64,000 nucleotides of DNA from sequence record PZ402300.1; one strand, written 5' to 3'. Every line of letters begins with the position of its first letter. Position 1 is the first letter of the stretch. Source of the DNA: a phage. Of this stretch, positions 29,056 through 39,077 are shown one piece after another. The notes beneath the pieces are model-generated. The model made no database searches, was not told the origin of the DNA, and saw only the letters and a list, made by a program, of their open reading frames with translations. The translations under genes and the position numbers were made by a program.

Positions 29056-29808
29056 TTAAGCGTAGTATTCAGCCAGATGGTCTAAGAGTTTCTGGGCATC
29101 GTTGTCGATGTAAGTCTCGGATTTATCGAACATACCCATTGGGGAACGAAGTCGTTTACCAACAGACTTCTTGGTTGGACGGGTCTGGAATACGTGCTTA
29201 TATCCTAAGTCACGTTCTTCTTCCGTAATTTCTAACATCTTGTTCCCATACTTCTCCAGTTCTTTAATGTCTACACGTTCTGCGTAAACCACTGTAGAGA
29301 AGTAGGCTTCAAGCCCGTTATTCTTCAGAGAGCCTTTCACTGGGATGAACGTTTTCATCACACCAGCAGCTTCATCCAGTTCGTCTTTAGCATGAGCAGT
29401 AATAATTACTGGCTTACCAAACTTAACGACTTTCTGTTGCAGCAGTATCTTAAAGAACTGTGCAAAATCACCCCAAGCCTTTTGTGTGTTTGCAGAAGGC
29501 AATACGTATTGAGATTCCAGCATATCCATCATAAAGGTTGCTGAGTCAATGATGATACCATCGACATCATCTGCCATCTCCCCACCAGGAGATGCAACAT
29601 CAAATGCTTCCCAAATCTGATATGGGTCTTCGATGTTGTAGGTATTGAACTTATTACGGAAAGGCAGACGTTTACCTGCTTCAGTATTCAGATAGAGCCA
29701 GCGTTCCTGGTTCCGGATGTTACGCAGTGATGCTGATTTACCACTCGCTGAGAATCCTGCAATCAGGATTAGCTGAGTGTTCATATCATTGGGAATTACT
29801 TCGGACAT
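29056..29808 (-). CDS. P-loop NTPase (RecA-like/Sak4-like ATPase candidate)
   Basis: Walker A GFSASGKS near N-terminus; 250 aa. Confidence 0.55.
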   Translation of the reverse strand: MSEVIPNDMNTQLILIAGFSASGKSASLRNIRNQERWLYLNTEAGKRLPFRNKFNTYNIEDPYQIWEAFDVASPGGEMADDVDGIIIDSATFMMDMLESQYVLPSANTQKAWGDFAQFFKILLQQKVVKFGKPVIITAHAKDELDEAAGVMKTFIPVKGSLKNNGLEAYFSTVVYAERVDIKELEKYGNKMLEITEEERDLGYKHVFQTRPTKKSVGKRLRSPMGMFDKSETYIDNDAQKLLDHLAEYYA

Positions 29809-29864
29809 TATTTTTCCTCATTTAATTTAGGAGTCCTTCAAACCAAAGAAAGACTCCTGTTTGC

Positions 29865-32075
29865 TTACTTGCCAGCGAAGCGTTTAGCCACGGTGACCAT
29901 TACGGTTGCATTCAATTCATCATCTGGTAATGGATTAGCCAGTTTCTTATTGAATGAGTGGACGGCTTGCTGTACTCGGGCAAAATCCCAACCACTGTCA
30001 ACCAATGCCAGTGCGTACTTAATCATTTGATTATTACGATTACCGGTAGCAATACGACTAGCGAACCAACGCTCCAGATTATCCAACGACTGTACTTCCT
30101 TCATCTGGTTCTGGAACTGCTCGTTCTTACTAGTACGAGGAATAAAGTCACGCACGTCCAACAGATTTGCTTCAAGATTGTAATGATAAGAACCAGTCTC
30201 ACAGGACATCCACTTCTTGGCTCGCTGGTTAGCAGATTCATCCGTTTCGAACGGTAGCCAAGACATAACGTTATTCATGAACTCTTTGTATTCCTCAGTG
30301 TCTAGGTGCAACTCATAGTTCATTGGAATAATCAGTCGGAAGCGGTTCTCTTCATCAGAATGACGTTTAGTGGTATAGGTCATGAACTTATATTCCTTCA
30401 TCAGTTCATGGCACGTATGCAGTGGCACTCCACCATCACAGTCAATAACAATCATGTTAAATCCTGGAATAACGTTCTCTTCAGAACGGTGTCCATTCTT
30501 CATGTGATGGTTTACCCAGTGCATACCGGGAGCTTGGGTTAACACATGCAACTGGTCGAACGGTACACGTTCACCAATGTAGTCATAAGCAAAGCTATCA
30601 CTATATGCCACTATCATCTCATTGATGTCAGTTTCTTTCAGAGTCTCACCACGGAAGAACTCAATACCTTCGTTGAAGGTTTTCTTAATGATGATGTGCT
30701 GTTTGTAGCCCCATGCTGTAGCAAGGGTCATCATTTCATTACGAGCTGCATTGCCACTCTTATAGAACGGTAACGACTCCACCAAGTCAGCATGAGTTAC
30801 TTCTTTACCTACAGAAGCAATGTACTTAGCCAGCTTCACATAAGCCTTCTCACGATTGAGGATTGTCTGAAATGCTGTTCCAGATTCTTCTACAAGTAGA
30901 ATTGCTTGTTTAAGATGAGACATCTCAATGAATGAACTTTGATCAACAAACGCCAGTGCACCTGCCAGCTTAAGTGCTTTGAAATAACGGTGGGAAATTT
31001 CAGCTTTACGAATATCTTCGTGGTCAGCCATAGCTTCTGCTTGTTTCTCACAATCAATTTTGTAAGCAATCAGAGCAATACCCACTGCATCTTCTACAAC
31101 CATCTTAAAGCCGAATAAGTTTGGATCAGCCAGACTATGGAAATGGTTAGCCCACTTACCAAGAGTCTGTACGTTATCTTGTTTAATCAGGTTACGGTAG
31201 ATTTCTTCCGGGGTTAGTGTTGCATGTGCTCTCTTGTCTAAGTGACCAATGGCAAACAGACAGCGACGTGCATACCCTATATCAAGAAAGCCATAGAACT
31301 GGTCCTCGGTCTGACCACCATCCAGTAGCTTACTTGGCGTACCAAACAGCAACAGGTTAGTTGGAGTTTTGCCATCCAATTCTTCGCCACGAATGCTTTC
31401 AGCAGTATTCTTGGTTAGTTTCTGTTTTACTTTTCCCTGGTCATATAACTCCAGGAACAAAGTTAGTACATCCATGTTAGCCAACAGGTTCGAACCAATT
31501 TCATCAATCTGAAGGTTAATTGAACCACACCCAGCCATTAACAGTTTATGGCGTAGCTGTTTAACTGCTGGTGGAGTACCGGAGTCAAATGTAAACGGAT
31601 ATGCTCCGGCACGTTTATACTCTGCTTCAACTTTATCAAACTCATCATTCTGGTCTGTACCCTGACGAGCAGCACGTTCGTTAGCAATCTTCCATAAACG
31701 GTCATTTGCAATGACGGGCATGGTGTCTTCCATAAAACGTTTACGGAATCCAGACATAAACCCGTCTTCAATGATATTTACTGAGTGACCTTTACCGAAA
31801 CCAGATGTAGCCAACGCAATAGCGTAGATGTTTACCGGCAGGTCACCACGGTCTTTAGTTACAATGGTTGCACCCATGCAGGATGCCATTTTAGCCAAGA
31901 AGTAGGCTACTTCGACACGGAAGAATCCCCGGTCATTATTCTGGGTTTTATTGCAGAGCACATCTACGATTTCTTCAATCGCCGGATGATGCACTACTCC
32001 GGTAAGGTCAATACTCATGATGGAAAATATCTCTCTCTTTGTTTGCAAATGGATGCTACAGGGCAGTACAGACAA
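29865..32075 (-). CDS. DNA primase (primase-polymerase-like C-terminal domain; N4 gp43 position)
   Basis: 736 aa; motif NMIVIDCDGG resembles the hhhDxD catalytic motif of archaeo-eukaryotic-type primases; synteny. Confidence 0.55.
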   Translation of the reverse strand: MSVLPCSIHLQTKREIFSIMSIDLTGVVHHPAIEEIVDVLCNKTQNNDRGFFRVEVAYFLAKMASCMGATIVTKDRGDLPVNIYAIALATSGFGKGHSVNIIEDGFMSGFRKRFMEDTMPVIANDRLWKIANERAARQGTDQNDEFDKVEAEYKRAGAYPFTFDSGTPPAVKQLRHKLLMAGCGSINLQIDEIGSNLLANMDVLTLFLELYDQGKVKQKLTKNTAESIRGEELDGKTPTNLLLFGTPSKLLDGGQTEDQFYGFLDIGYARRCLFAIGHLDKRAHATLTPEEIYRNLIKQDNVQTLGKWANHFHSLADPNLFGFKMVVEDAVGIALIAYKIDCEKQAEAMADHEDIRKAEISHRYFKALKLAGALAFVDQSSFIEMSHLKQAILLVEESGTAFQTILNREKAYVKLAKYIASVGKEVTHADLVESLPFYKSGNAARNEMMTLATAWGYKQHIIIKKTFNEGIEFFRGETLKETDINEMIVAYSDSFAYDYIGERVPFDQLHVLTQAPGMHWVNHHMKNGHRSEENVIPGFNMIVIDCDGGVPLHTCHELMKEYKFMTYTTKRHSDEENRFRLIIPMNYELHLDTEEYKEFMNNVMSWLPFETDESANQRAKKWMSCETGSYHYNLEANLLDVRDFIPRTSKNEQFQNQMKEVQSLDNLERWFASRIATGNRNNQMIKYALALVDSGWDFARVQQAVHSFNKKLANPLPDDELNATVMVTVAKRFAGK

Positions 32076-32995
32076 CGCTTAACCTGCCCCTCCACGACCT
32101 TGATAGCACCCTTGCCACCTTTTTCAGCCATGAAGATACGAGCAGATGCCATATCGTCAAAGTTTTTGGTACTTCTGGCTCCAGGTACATCTACCTTAGA
32201 AGCATCAGAGAAGTACTTGAACTGTGGTTCTGTTCGCCACAACTCCTCGTCAGTACATTCAGGAATTTCTTCTTCAGGTGCATTCCAGTACTTCTCAATG
32301 AGGTGAATCTTCTCTTCTACCCAACGTTCAGTCTTATCGACAGATAGCAACGGAATATCCTTATGCATAATACGATTAGCAGGATAGTTCGGATTGCTAT
32401 TAGCCATATGCTTCATGAAGTCAGTGAAGATGTAGTTAATACGAATTACATCCTCGGTAATGATGTCGTTGTGAATCCAACGATACAAGCTACCTTGTAT
32501 CTTGTGTTCATCATCACGGGAACCAGCAACCCAGGAATAGGTTGAGGTAGACTTAAAGTCTTGCAACAGACCTTCTGTTACGATGTCAAACTTACCACCG
32601 ATAGTCCAACCCTTAACTACCCTGGTTCCACGTTGTTCAATGTAGATTGGGATAAGGTCAGGGTTAGCATCAAAGTCTGCTTTGGTTGGGTTAATTACTA
32701 CTGCATCAATTACTCGCTGAGGATACCCCAACTTTTTCAATGCAGTCTTATGACCTAGCTTCCAGGCTTTCTCGATAGAATCATGTAAACCAGTACCCAT
32801 TGATGTGGAGACGAAATCCATAACATCAATTGACTGGTCACTTAAATCTACACGATGTTTCATAACGATTTGCTTAATAGGCTTAAGCAATGTAGTAACA
32901 GACAGATACTTAGGATTGTCTACGTAGTCATACTCGTCATGTAATAGCCATACAGCCAGAGCCAGTGAGACATCATGATTGTTGGTTATCTTCAT
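32015..32995 (-). CDS. PD-(D/E)xK nuclease with C-terminal Cys cluster (Cas4/RecB-like exonuclease candidate)
   Basis: GGKFDIVTEGLLQDFK nuclease-like motif; cysteines in CTDEELW and CLYCPVASIC. Confidence 0.5.
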   Translation of the reverse strand: MKITNNHDVSLALAVWLLHDEYDYVDNPKYLSVTTLLKPIKQIVMKHRVDLSDQSIDVMDFVSTSMGTGLHDSIEKAWKLGHKTALKKLGYPQRVIDAVVINPTKADFDANPDLIPIYIEQRGTRVVKGWTIGGKFDIVTEGLLQDFKSTSTYSWVAGSRDDEHKIQGSLYRWIHNDIITEDVIRINYIFTDFMKHMANSNPNYPANRIMHKDIPLLSVDKTERWVEEKIHLIEKYWNAPEEEIPECTDEELWRTEPQFKYFSDASKVDVPGARSTKNFDDMASARIFMAEKGGKGAIKVVEGQVKRCLYCPVASICKQRERYFPS

Positions 32996-33468
32996 CGGTA
33001 AATAATCCTGTATTTATGTACTTTACCCCAATGGATTGCTCCAATATTATCCGCATAATAGGTAAATGGTGGAGACGCCTCATGCTGGTCCTTGTACATA
33101 ACCTCAATAAACGTGATCGGTTTAGTGAGTAGTGGTTTCTCATTGGAATAAATCCAATTACTCCACACAGAGTTAAGGACATTTTTGACTGTTGGCTCTT
33201 CTGCAATCTTCTCTTTAGCGAGAATACGATTAGCGTAATGAACCAATTTCTCACAGTCATAAACTGCGGTGTTTCCAGGTTTACCATTACCCATACGGGC
33301 AGCAGCATTTCGCCATAGAGCTTTAAAGGCACAACCTTCATCGAAGGTCATGCCCAGTGCTTGGATAATATCCTCACACTCTGCTTGGTATGGCTCTTGC
33401 TCTTCCCGTTGGGGATTCTTAATTAGAACTACATAGTAGTTATTAAGACCACCGGAGAGCTTAGTCAT
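32992..33468 (-). CDS. Hypothetical protein
   Basis: 158 aa ORF, ATGA start/stop overlap with neighbours. Confidence 0.45.
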   Translation of the reverse strand: MTKLSGGLNNYYVVLIKNPQREEQEPYQAECEDIIQALGMTFDEGCAFKALWRNAAARMGNGKPGNTAVYDCEKLVHYANRILAKEKIAEEPTVKNVLNSVWSNWIYSNEKPLLTKPITFIEVMYKDQHEASPPFTYYADNIGAIHWGKVHKYRIIYR

Positions 33469-33773
33469 TATTCCCCCTTGGGAATCATGTTTGCCTGGAA
33501 CTCTGGTTCAGACATCAGACCCAGGTTACTAAGAGACAGATAAACAATGTCTTTCAAATCAACTGAAGTGTCGAAACGTTGGTCCAGACTAATCTTCAGT
33601 GAGTGATTGGCACGAGCCAAATCTTTATAGGTCACATAAGGTTCATCAGTGAGCAACATTGTGTTCATGGTAAGCAGGGAACCATCATCCACTTTAGGAA
33701 GCTGGAAAACTACCTGTGCTGCTACCATCCAATGATATTTTCTGACTACAGTTTCTTTAGTACTTTTGGTCAT
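33468..33773 (-). CDS. Hypothetical protein
   Basis: 101 aa ORF coupled to DNA polymerase gene. Confidence 0.4.
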   Translation of the reverse strand: MTKSTKETVVRKYHWMVAAQVVFQLPKVDDGSLLTMNTMLLTDEPYVTYKDLARANHSLKISLDQRFDTSVDLKDIVYLSLSNLGLMSEPEFQANMIPKGE

Positions 33774-36349
33774 GCGAATGCCTTTTGAATTATTTGACGA
33801 ACTTCTTCTGGGGTAGCGTGATTTGGAATTTCAATCTCGTTAGCCCACGTTGGGTAAAACAAGGATAGTTCCCCACCCAAACCAACTTCTGGATGAGCAA
33901 TATCAGGATGGTCTTGCCAGTTAACGGCTTCAACCAAATGTTTGTTCGTGAACTGCAAGGTATCCATGTTGTCACGAATCATGAAGTACTGAGCATCGTG
34001 AATGTGAATACTAGGACGAATATCTAACCTGAACTCACTGGCTCTGACTTTACGCATAAACTCTGAACCAGCACGGTTATTCAGTAGACACCAGCTTTGC
34101 CCTAAAGCATTACCAGCAGTTCTGCCTTCTGCTTCTGCTTCATACGGAGTCTTACATGTCCCACGTAATACCTGAGCCAGTAAAGGAGTACGCACTCTCA
34201 AACCGAATGCGGCAGTAACATAACCAGTTTTGGCAGCTTCGTCTAGTTTAGCCTGAACCCACATGTCACTAACTACATAGAGGTCGTGATAACGTTTCTC
34301 TGTAGTCTTAGCCTTCTCTTCAGAGAAGCCACAGTTTTTCATTAAGCCCATATATGTACCACCATAAGTAAGCAAGAAGGTTGGAGCCTTCGAGTCACTA
34401 CGTAATGATTTGTACTTATGCTGAATGGAGTTAATGGATTCTACTGTGTCTTCTATGTCTGGCATCTGCTCACCAAAGTAAGCATATGCACGGAGACTGT
34501 GTCCATCATAGCCATCGGTATATACCTTAAGCTTCTGTGGGTCTTTAGTAGTTAAAGCTGAGATACGGTCTTCAAGGCTCGCAAAGTCCAGTCCACAAAA
34601 GATCCAACCTGGTGGTGCTTCGAAGCATTTCTTAATCTTCTTGGCGTATTTGGAACCAGACGGAATGGTTTGCAGATTTGGTTCAGAGGCGGATAATCTA
34701 CCAGAAACCGTTCCCCCCAGATTGAGGTTGCCGAATAGGTAGTGCCATCCATCCGGCCCAGGTTGGGCATTCCTGAAAGCTGGTATAAAGCTAGTGATAA
34801 TCTTATCCACGAGCTTATAGTCGATAAGTGCATTGAGCAGTTCCTTAACATCTTCACTCTGCGTATGTGTTCGCAGTGCTTTAATAGTGTCACCGTCAGT
34901 AGCAGGTTGCTTGCTCTTAGTAAGACCAAGAACTGGTAAGCCAATATAATCAAATAACAGCTTCTGTAGTTGTGGACCGGAGTTAGGATTAAACTCGATA
35001 TCACAATCAGCGAGTGTTACTTGTTTCTTTTTGAGCTTAGCATTCTTATCGTCTACCCATTCCTGACGAAGCATCAGGGTGAAGTTCTTCATGAGCTTAG
35101 ACTCACGAATAGTTTTCAGAGCCTGGTTCCTGTCAGTTTCCATCTCCTTAGCTACCTGGTTAACGGTATCCATATTCATAGGCATACCGGTTAACTGCAT
35201 CTGGATAATATCTTCACAGGCTGGCTTAAAGATGTTGTTGTAAACATCCAGTTGGTCATCAGCAATGAGAGTATCCCAGTGCTTCTCGTAGGTGTACCAG
35301 GTACACAGACCATCAATGAGGTTGTAGCGTAACAGTTGCTCATTAGGAATAAGACGAATGTCTTTAATATCATCCTGAGCATAGTTACCAGCATACTCCT
35401 GAGCCTGGTCTTTCAGACTAAGGTGATTACCAGCACAACTGTTAGTAGCCAGGTAGGTGATTAGCTTAGTACAGTCCCAATTACGTAGCATGATTTCCAT
35501 GCCATGTAGTAAGCCTTCTGTATCAATCAGGTTATCCATGAATAATTGATAGATAAGTACATACACGTCATAGCTAATGTTGTGATACATCTGCCGTTGG
35601 GTGTACTTAATGAAGAACTCACGTAGAAGATTTCGAACAATATCATTTCTGTTGATACGCCCATATGGTGCTTCAGTAGCCCCAGGAATCGGCTCGTAGT
35701 CCACATTAAAGGCTATGCCTTGTGTCTTACTCCAACAGAATGTAATTGTCCCTATACCGGCGTTATAGTGCTTTAAACCGAATGCTTCAATGTCTATAGC
35801 CAATGGCTTATTCATCTCAAGCAACTGGTCTAGCCAGGCTTTAATCTTCTCTGGAGTATCCGGATAGGCTTCAAACTCAATGATTCCTTGACCTGGTTCT
35901 GCATACTGTCCACGAATGTGGTTAAGTAATGCATCCATACCCTGAGCAATCTTGGATTTTACTACAGGTGGGTCATAAAAGACCTGCCTGTAGCTAGGTG
36001 CATAGATAACCTTCTGCTTACCCCATACTGAGTCACAAACATAGCCGAGGTTAGCCTCTGCTTTAGCTTCTTTAGTCAGTATTTTGAAGTAATCAGAATC
36101 GGTACAGATAATGTACTGAGTCTCTGCATCATCCAGTACTTGTTGCAACTCCTGCTGTATGAACTCCTTAATTTCCCTTGCAGGAGTCTTCTTCTTGCCG
36201 GGGGCAGAATGAAGTTCAATGAAGATGAAATCTTCCATGCTTAGGTCATTAGGCAGCAGGTAGGTTTTAATCATCTCCTCCCTTCGGATTTGATGACCGA
36301 GGATAGCAATAGGATACTTACCCGTATCTTGAGAGGTGATGTAACGCAT
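33770..36349 (-). CDS. DNA polymerase, family A (N4 gp39-like)
   Basis: 859 aa; motif A CGLDFASLEDRI (cf. DYSQIELR), motif B KAPTFLLTYGGTYMG, motif C HIHDAQYF. Confidence 0.85.
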   Translation of the reverse strand: MRYITSQDTGKYPIAILGHQIRREEMIKTYLLPNDLSMEDFIFIELHSAPGKKKTPAREIKEFIQQELQQVLDDAETQYIICTDSDYFKILTKEAKAEANLGYVCDSVWGKQKVIYAPSYRQVFYDPPVVKSKIAQGMDALLNHIRGQYAEPGQGIIEFEAYPDTPEKIKAWLDQLLEMNKPLAIDIEAFGLKHYNAGIGTITFCWSKTQGIAFNVDYEPIPGATEAPYGRINRNDIVRNLLREFFIKYTQRQMYHNISYDVYVLIYQLFMDNLIDTEGLLHGMEIMLRNWDCTKLITYLATNSCAGNHLSLKDQAQEYAGNYAQDDIKDIRLIPNEQLLRYNLIDGLCTWYTYEKHWDTLIADDQLDVYNNIFKPACEDIIQMQLTGMPMNMDTVNQVAKEMETDRNQALKTIRESKLMKNFTLMLRQEWVDDKNAKLKKKQVTLADCDIEFNPNSGPQLQKLLFDYIGLPVLGLTKSKQPATDGDTIKALRTHTQSEDVKELLNALIDYKLVDKIITSFIPAFRNAQPGPDGWHYLFGNLNLGGTVSGRLSASEPNLQTIPSGSKYAKKIKKCFEAPPGWIFCGLDFASLEDRISALTTKDPQKLKVYTDGYDGHSLRAYAYFGEQMPDIEDTVESINSIQHKYKSLRSDSKAPTFLLTYGGTYMGLMKNCGFSEEKAKTTEKRYHDLYVVSDMWVQAKLDEAAKTGYVTAAFGLRVRTPLLAQVLRGTCKTPYEAEAEGRTAGNALGQSWCLLNNRAGSEFMRKVRASEFRLDIRPSIHIHDAQYFMIRDNMDTLQFTNKHLVEAVNWQDHPDIAHPEVGLGGELSLFYPTWANEIEIPNHATPEEVRQIIQKAFA

Positions 36350-36358
36350 AGCTTTACC

Positions 36359-36889
36359 TTAAAAAATCAGATGGGAAGCTGCATAGTACTCAATAGAGGG
36401 AAGAATCTTCTCATACTGTTTTATTGCCATGGGATCCCCAGTAAGAGTCCAGGCTGCTTCACGAGTACGTGGCAGTTCCTTGTACTTACCAGTCTGGTCC
36501 TGAGCTATCAGGCATTCAGGCAAAGCATCACGTACATCCTGATAGGACATACAACCACGAACCAGGCGATAAACAGTCTGGTTCACAAGGTGTACTTCCA
36601 TAATCAGACGACTGGAGGCTTTCAGATACTTGTCCATTGCAGGCCATAGTTCTGGATTAAGTGTTAATCGTTCACCGTAGGTTGGAGGTCTGGAAGCATT
36701 AGAACGCTGATAGAACTCCCCTTGATAAAGGAATCCAGCCGATACATCAATACCATTGATACGGTCGTTCTTATCAATGATACCGTTTAACACACTATCA
36801 AGACGAACCAGTTCCGCTAAGAACAGGTGTTTGACTATCTCACTGCTATTGGCAACTTGACCAATAGTCGCTGAACCAATCTGAGGCAT
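36359..36889 (-). CDS. Hypothetical protein
   Basis: 176 aa ORF between polymerase and helicase. Confidence 0.45.
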   Translation of the reverse strand: MPQIGSATIGQVANSSEIVKHLFLAELVRLDSVLNGIIDKNDRINGIDVSAGFLYQGEFYQRSNASRPPTYGERLTLNPELWPAMDKYLKASSRLIMEVHLVNQTVYRLVRGCMSYQDVRDALPECLIAQDQTGKYKELPRTREAAWTLTGDPMAIKQYEKILPSIEYYAASHLIF

Positions 36890-36899
36890 ATATCCTCCC

Positions 36900-38210
36900 T
36901 TAGAAAGTTAGACCACCATACTTACTGGCAAGATTTCCATAGAACACTACTCGCTTACGGGCACGAGACACAGCGACGTAAAGCAGACGGGCAACCATAT
37001 CGGGTTGGCGACAGCTTGAGAGGTCATTTGCATCAATGAAGATTGTGTCGTAAGTAGAGCCTTGTGATTTATGGACAGTACATGCATGAGTAGCACGTAG
37101 GTCTGGAATGGTTTCTTTAAGACGAAAGTAAGGTTCCCAGTTCTTCTCTTTACCAAGCCACTTAACTAAACGGTTGAAGTATTCCGGGTCGGTAGGTACT
37201 GGAACTTCACTTACAATACCACCATAACCAAGGTCCAGAGTACTGTCACGAACTTCTAGTTCCAGGTCACCCGTAACAGGAATCATGCGAGTACTACTAT
37301 CCTGGTCGATAAGTTTTACGTCCTGCTCGATAGACAGACGATCATCCACACCTAAGTGAACAGCTGAGTTAGATACTAGTTGTTCACCGATGGAGTATTC
37401 ACCCACGTAGCCATTGGCTTCACGAATGTAGTTATTGTAATTAATAACCTGGTCATTTGTGTAAGCAACAATACGGCTATTGGTAGGTTGAGTGAAGTGA
37501 CTGAGAACCAGTTTCTCCATCTCTTCCCCTTGTACCCAGTCAATGATGCCTGGAATACATTTAATAGGCAGGAAGCCTGTCTTACCTTCTACCGTATCAC
37601 GCAATTGCTGGTGCAATGTTTTGAGTTCCGGTGCATCGGTACGCATCTGTTCAGTCAGATAGTGTGTTGGGATATTGCCTGCATATACTGGAGACTTATT
37701 CTCTTTAACAGGCAGAAGCTGAGAGGCATCGCCTACGAATACCAGTTTACACTGGTGAGTACCTTCACGAGCATACTTAAGTAACTGACGGTCAATCATG
37801 GATGCTTCGTCTACGAAGATGATTTTGTTCTTCTTAATATTGAATGATTTAGACGGTACGACATTAGCCTCACCTGTCTTAAAGTCATTCTTAACAATCA
37901 GTCCCTGGAAGGAATGATAGGTAGATGTTGGACGCCCAGTAGCCTGAGCCAGAACTTCAGCAGCTTTGTTCGTGGTCGCAGTCATAACAACTTCGTTATA
38001 CAGTGGCTTGGTTCCCATCAGAGAACAAGTTTCCATATATGCAGGCATAGTGTCATCAATGAGGTGCGACATCAGGAATGTCTTGCCAGTACCACCTGGG
38101 CCTGAAATTCCAAATTCGGTAGCATTAGGGTCGAGCAGGAAATCGAAGAACTCCTTCGCAACCGCTTCTTGCCCCTTGTTCAGCGGGGCTTTGGTAGGTT
38201 TGGAAAACAT
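36900..38210 (-). CDS. SF1 DNA helicase (Dda/RecD-like; N4 gp37 position)
   Basis: Walker A GPGGTGKT; C-terminal HKSQGSTYD motif typical of RecD/Dda helicases. Confidence 0.8.
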   Translation of the reverse strand: MFSKPTKAPLNKGQEAVAKEFFDFLLDPNATEFGISGPGGTGKTFLMSHLIDDTMPAYMETCSLMGTKPLYNEVVMTATTNKAAEVLAQATGRPTSTYHSFQGLIVKNDFKTGEANVVPSKSFNIKKNKIIFVDEASMIDRQLLKYAREGTHQCKLVFVGDASQLLPVKENKSPVYAGNIPTHYLTEQMRTDAPELKTLHQQLRDTVEGKTGFLPIKCIPGIIDWVQGEEMEKLVLSHFTQPTNSRIVAYTNDQVINYNNYIREANGYVGEYSIGEQLVSNSAVHLGVDDRLSIEQDVKLIDQDSSTRMIPVTGDLELEVRDSTLDLGYGGIVSEVPVPTDPEYFNRLVKWLGKEKNWEPYFRLKETIPDLRATHACTVHKSQGSTYDTIFIDANDLSSCRQPDMVARLLYVAVSRARKRVVFYGNLASKYGGLTF

Positions 38211-38223
38211 TAAAATCTCCAGT

Positions 38224-38245
38224 AAAAAACCCTCCGTAGAGGGTT
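38224..38245 (-). terminator. Rho-independent terminator
   Basis: Minus strand AACCCUC-UACG-GAGGGUU followed by U6. Confidence 0.55.
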
Positions 38246-38702
38246 AGATGTAAGGGGTTAAATCCGGGGGAGTGTAGTCTTTCCCTTTCATAACTTTCTT
38301 ATTCTCGTTGAAGACGGGTTCTCCATCTTCAAACTTAGAATAGTTTGAGCGATTGACTTCAGCCAATGCTCCAGGGACATTCATCCCAAGGAAAGTACCG
38401 ACGCCAGTTGCTGTAACAATCTGGTCTGCCAGTGAGTCCAGTAGTTCTACTGAATCTTTGATAACAATATTGTTATCCTTTTTAAGCAGATTACCTACAT
38501 GGTCAATTGCTGCCCGTAATGCATCAATTTGTGAGGCACGTTCCAGGTTATTACTGGTAATAGCATTAAGCATTTCTGCTACTTCTTCCAGATGACAGCC
38601 AATCTGGGTACTAATATTTTTACTTGTCGGATTTGGTACTGCTTTCCGGAACCAGGCTTCCGTATTTGCCAGCGTACAAACGGATGAACTTGTCATGCTC
38701 AC
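38244..38702 (-). CDS. Hypothetical protein, possible MazG-like NTP pyrophosphohydrolase
   Basis: 152 aa; HLEEVAEMLNA segment; start overlaps upstream ORF by ~80 nt so true start may be internal. Confidence 0.35.
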   Translation of the reverse strand: MSMTSSSVCTLANTEAWFRKAVPNPTSKNISTQIGCHLEEVAEMLNAITSNNLERASQIDALRAAIDHVGNLLKKDNNIVIKDSVELLDSLADQIVTATGVGTFLGMNVPGALAEVNRSNYSKFEDGEPVFNENKKVMKGKDYTPPDLTPYI

Positions 38703-39015
38703 TCTCTTGGTTAAGGTGGCGATTGTTATATGCCTCCAGAATCAAGTCTCTTACATATGAGCGAATCTCATAAGCAGGACCAACTTGTTTTGATAGCCAA
38801 TCAGCCACATGGGTTGGTAAAGGACGTAATACGTTTTCCATGAACGTCCGACGTGTATCGGCTGGTTCAATGTTTAGAGAACGCAATCGCAAAGTAACCG
38901 TAGTGGGGTGAACCCCCAACGTCTTAGCGATAGTTGCGAGGGACAAACCAACAGCATTCATACGAATGATGTCTTCATCAGTTGCTTTGCGATTACTTCT
39001 GAATACTTTAGACAT
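38620..39015 (-). CDS. Small helix-turn-helix DNA-binding protein
   Basis: 131 aa; AVGLSLATIAKTLGVHPTTVTLRL HTH-like. Confidence 0.45.
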   Translation of the reverse strand: MSKVFRSNRKATDEDIIRMNAVGLSLATIAKTLGVHPTTVTLRLRSLNIEPADTRRTFMENVLRPLPTHVADWLSKQVGPAYEIRSYVRDLILEAYNNRHLNQESEHDKFIRLYAGKYGSLVPESSTKSDK

Positions 39016-39077
39016 AGCTTATTTCCTCTTCAAAGATAGCCTCACTTTATTATAAGTGAGGCTATTTGAACAGGCTA

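Noticed and set aside
29829-29858. Inverted repeat AGGAGTC…GACTCCT between primase and ATPase genes as a terminator
   Set aside because: No U tract follows on the transcribed strand; more likely a structure overlapping the downstream RBS or coincidental.
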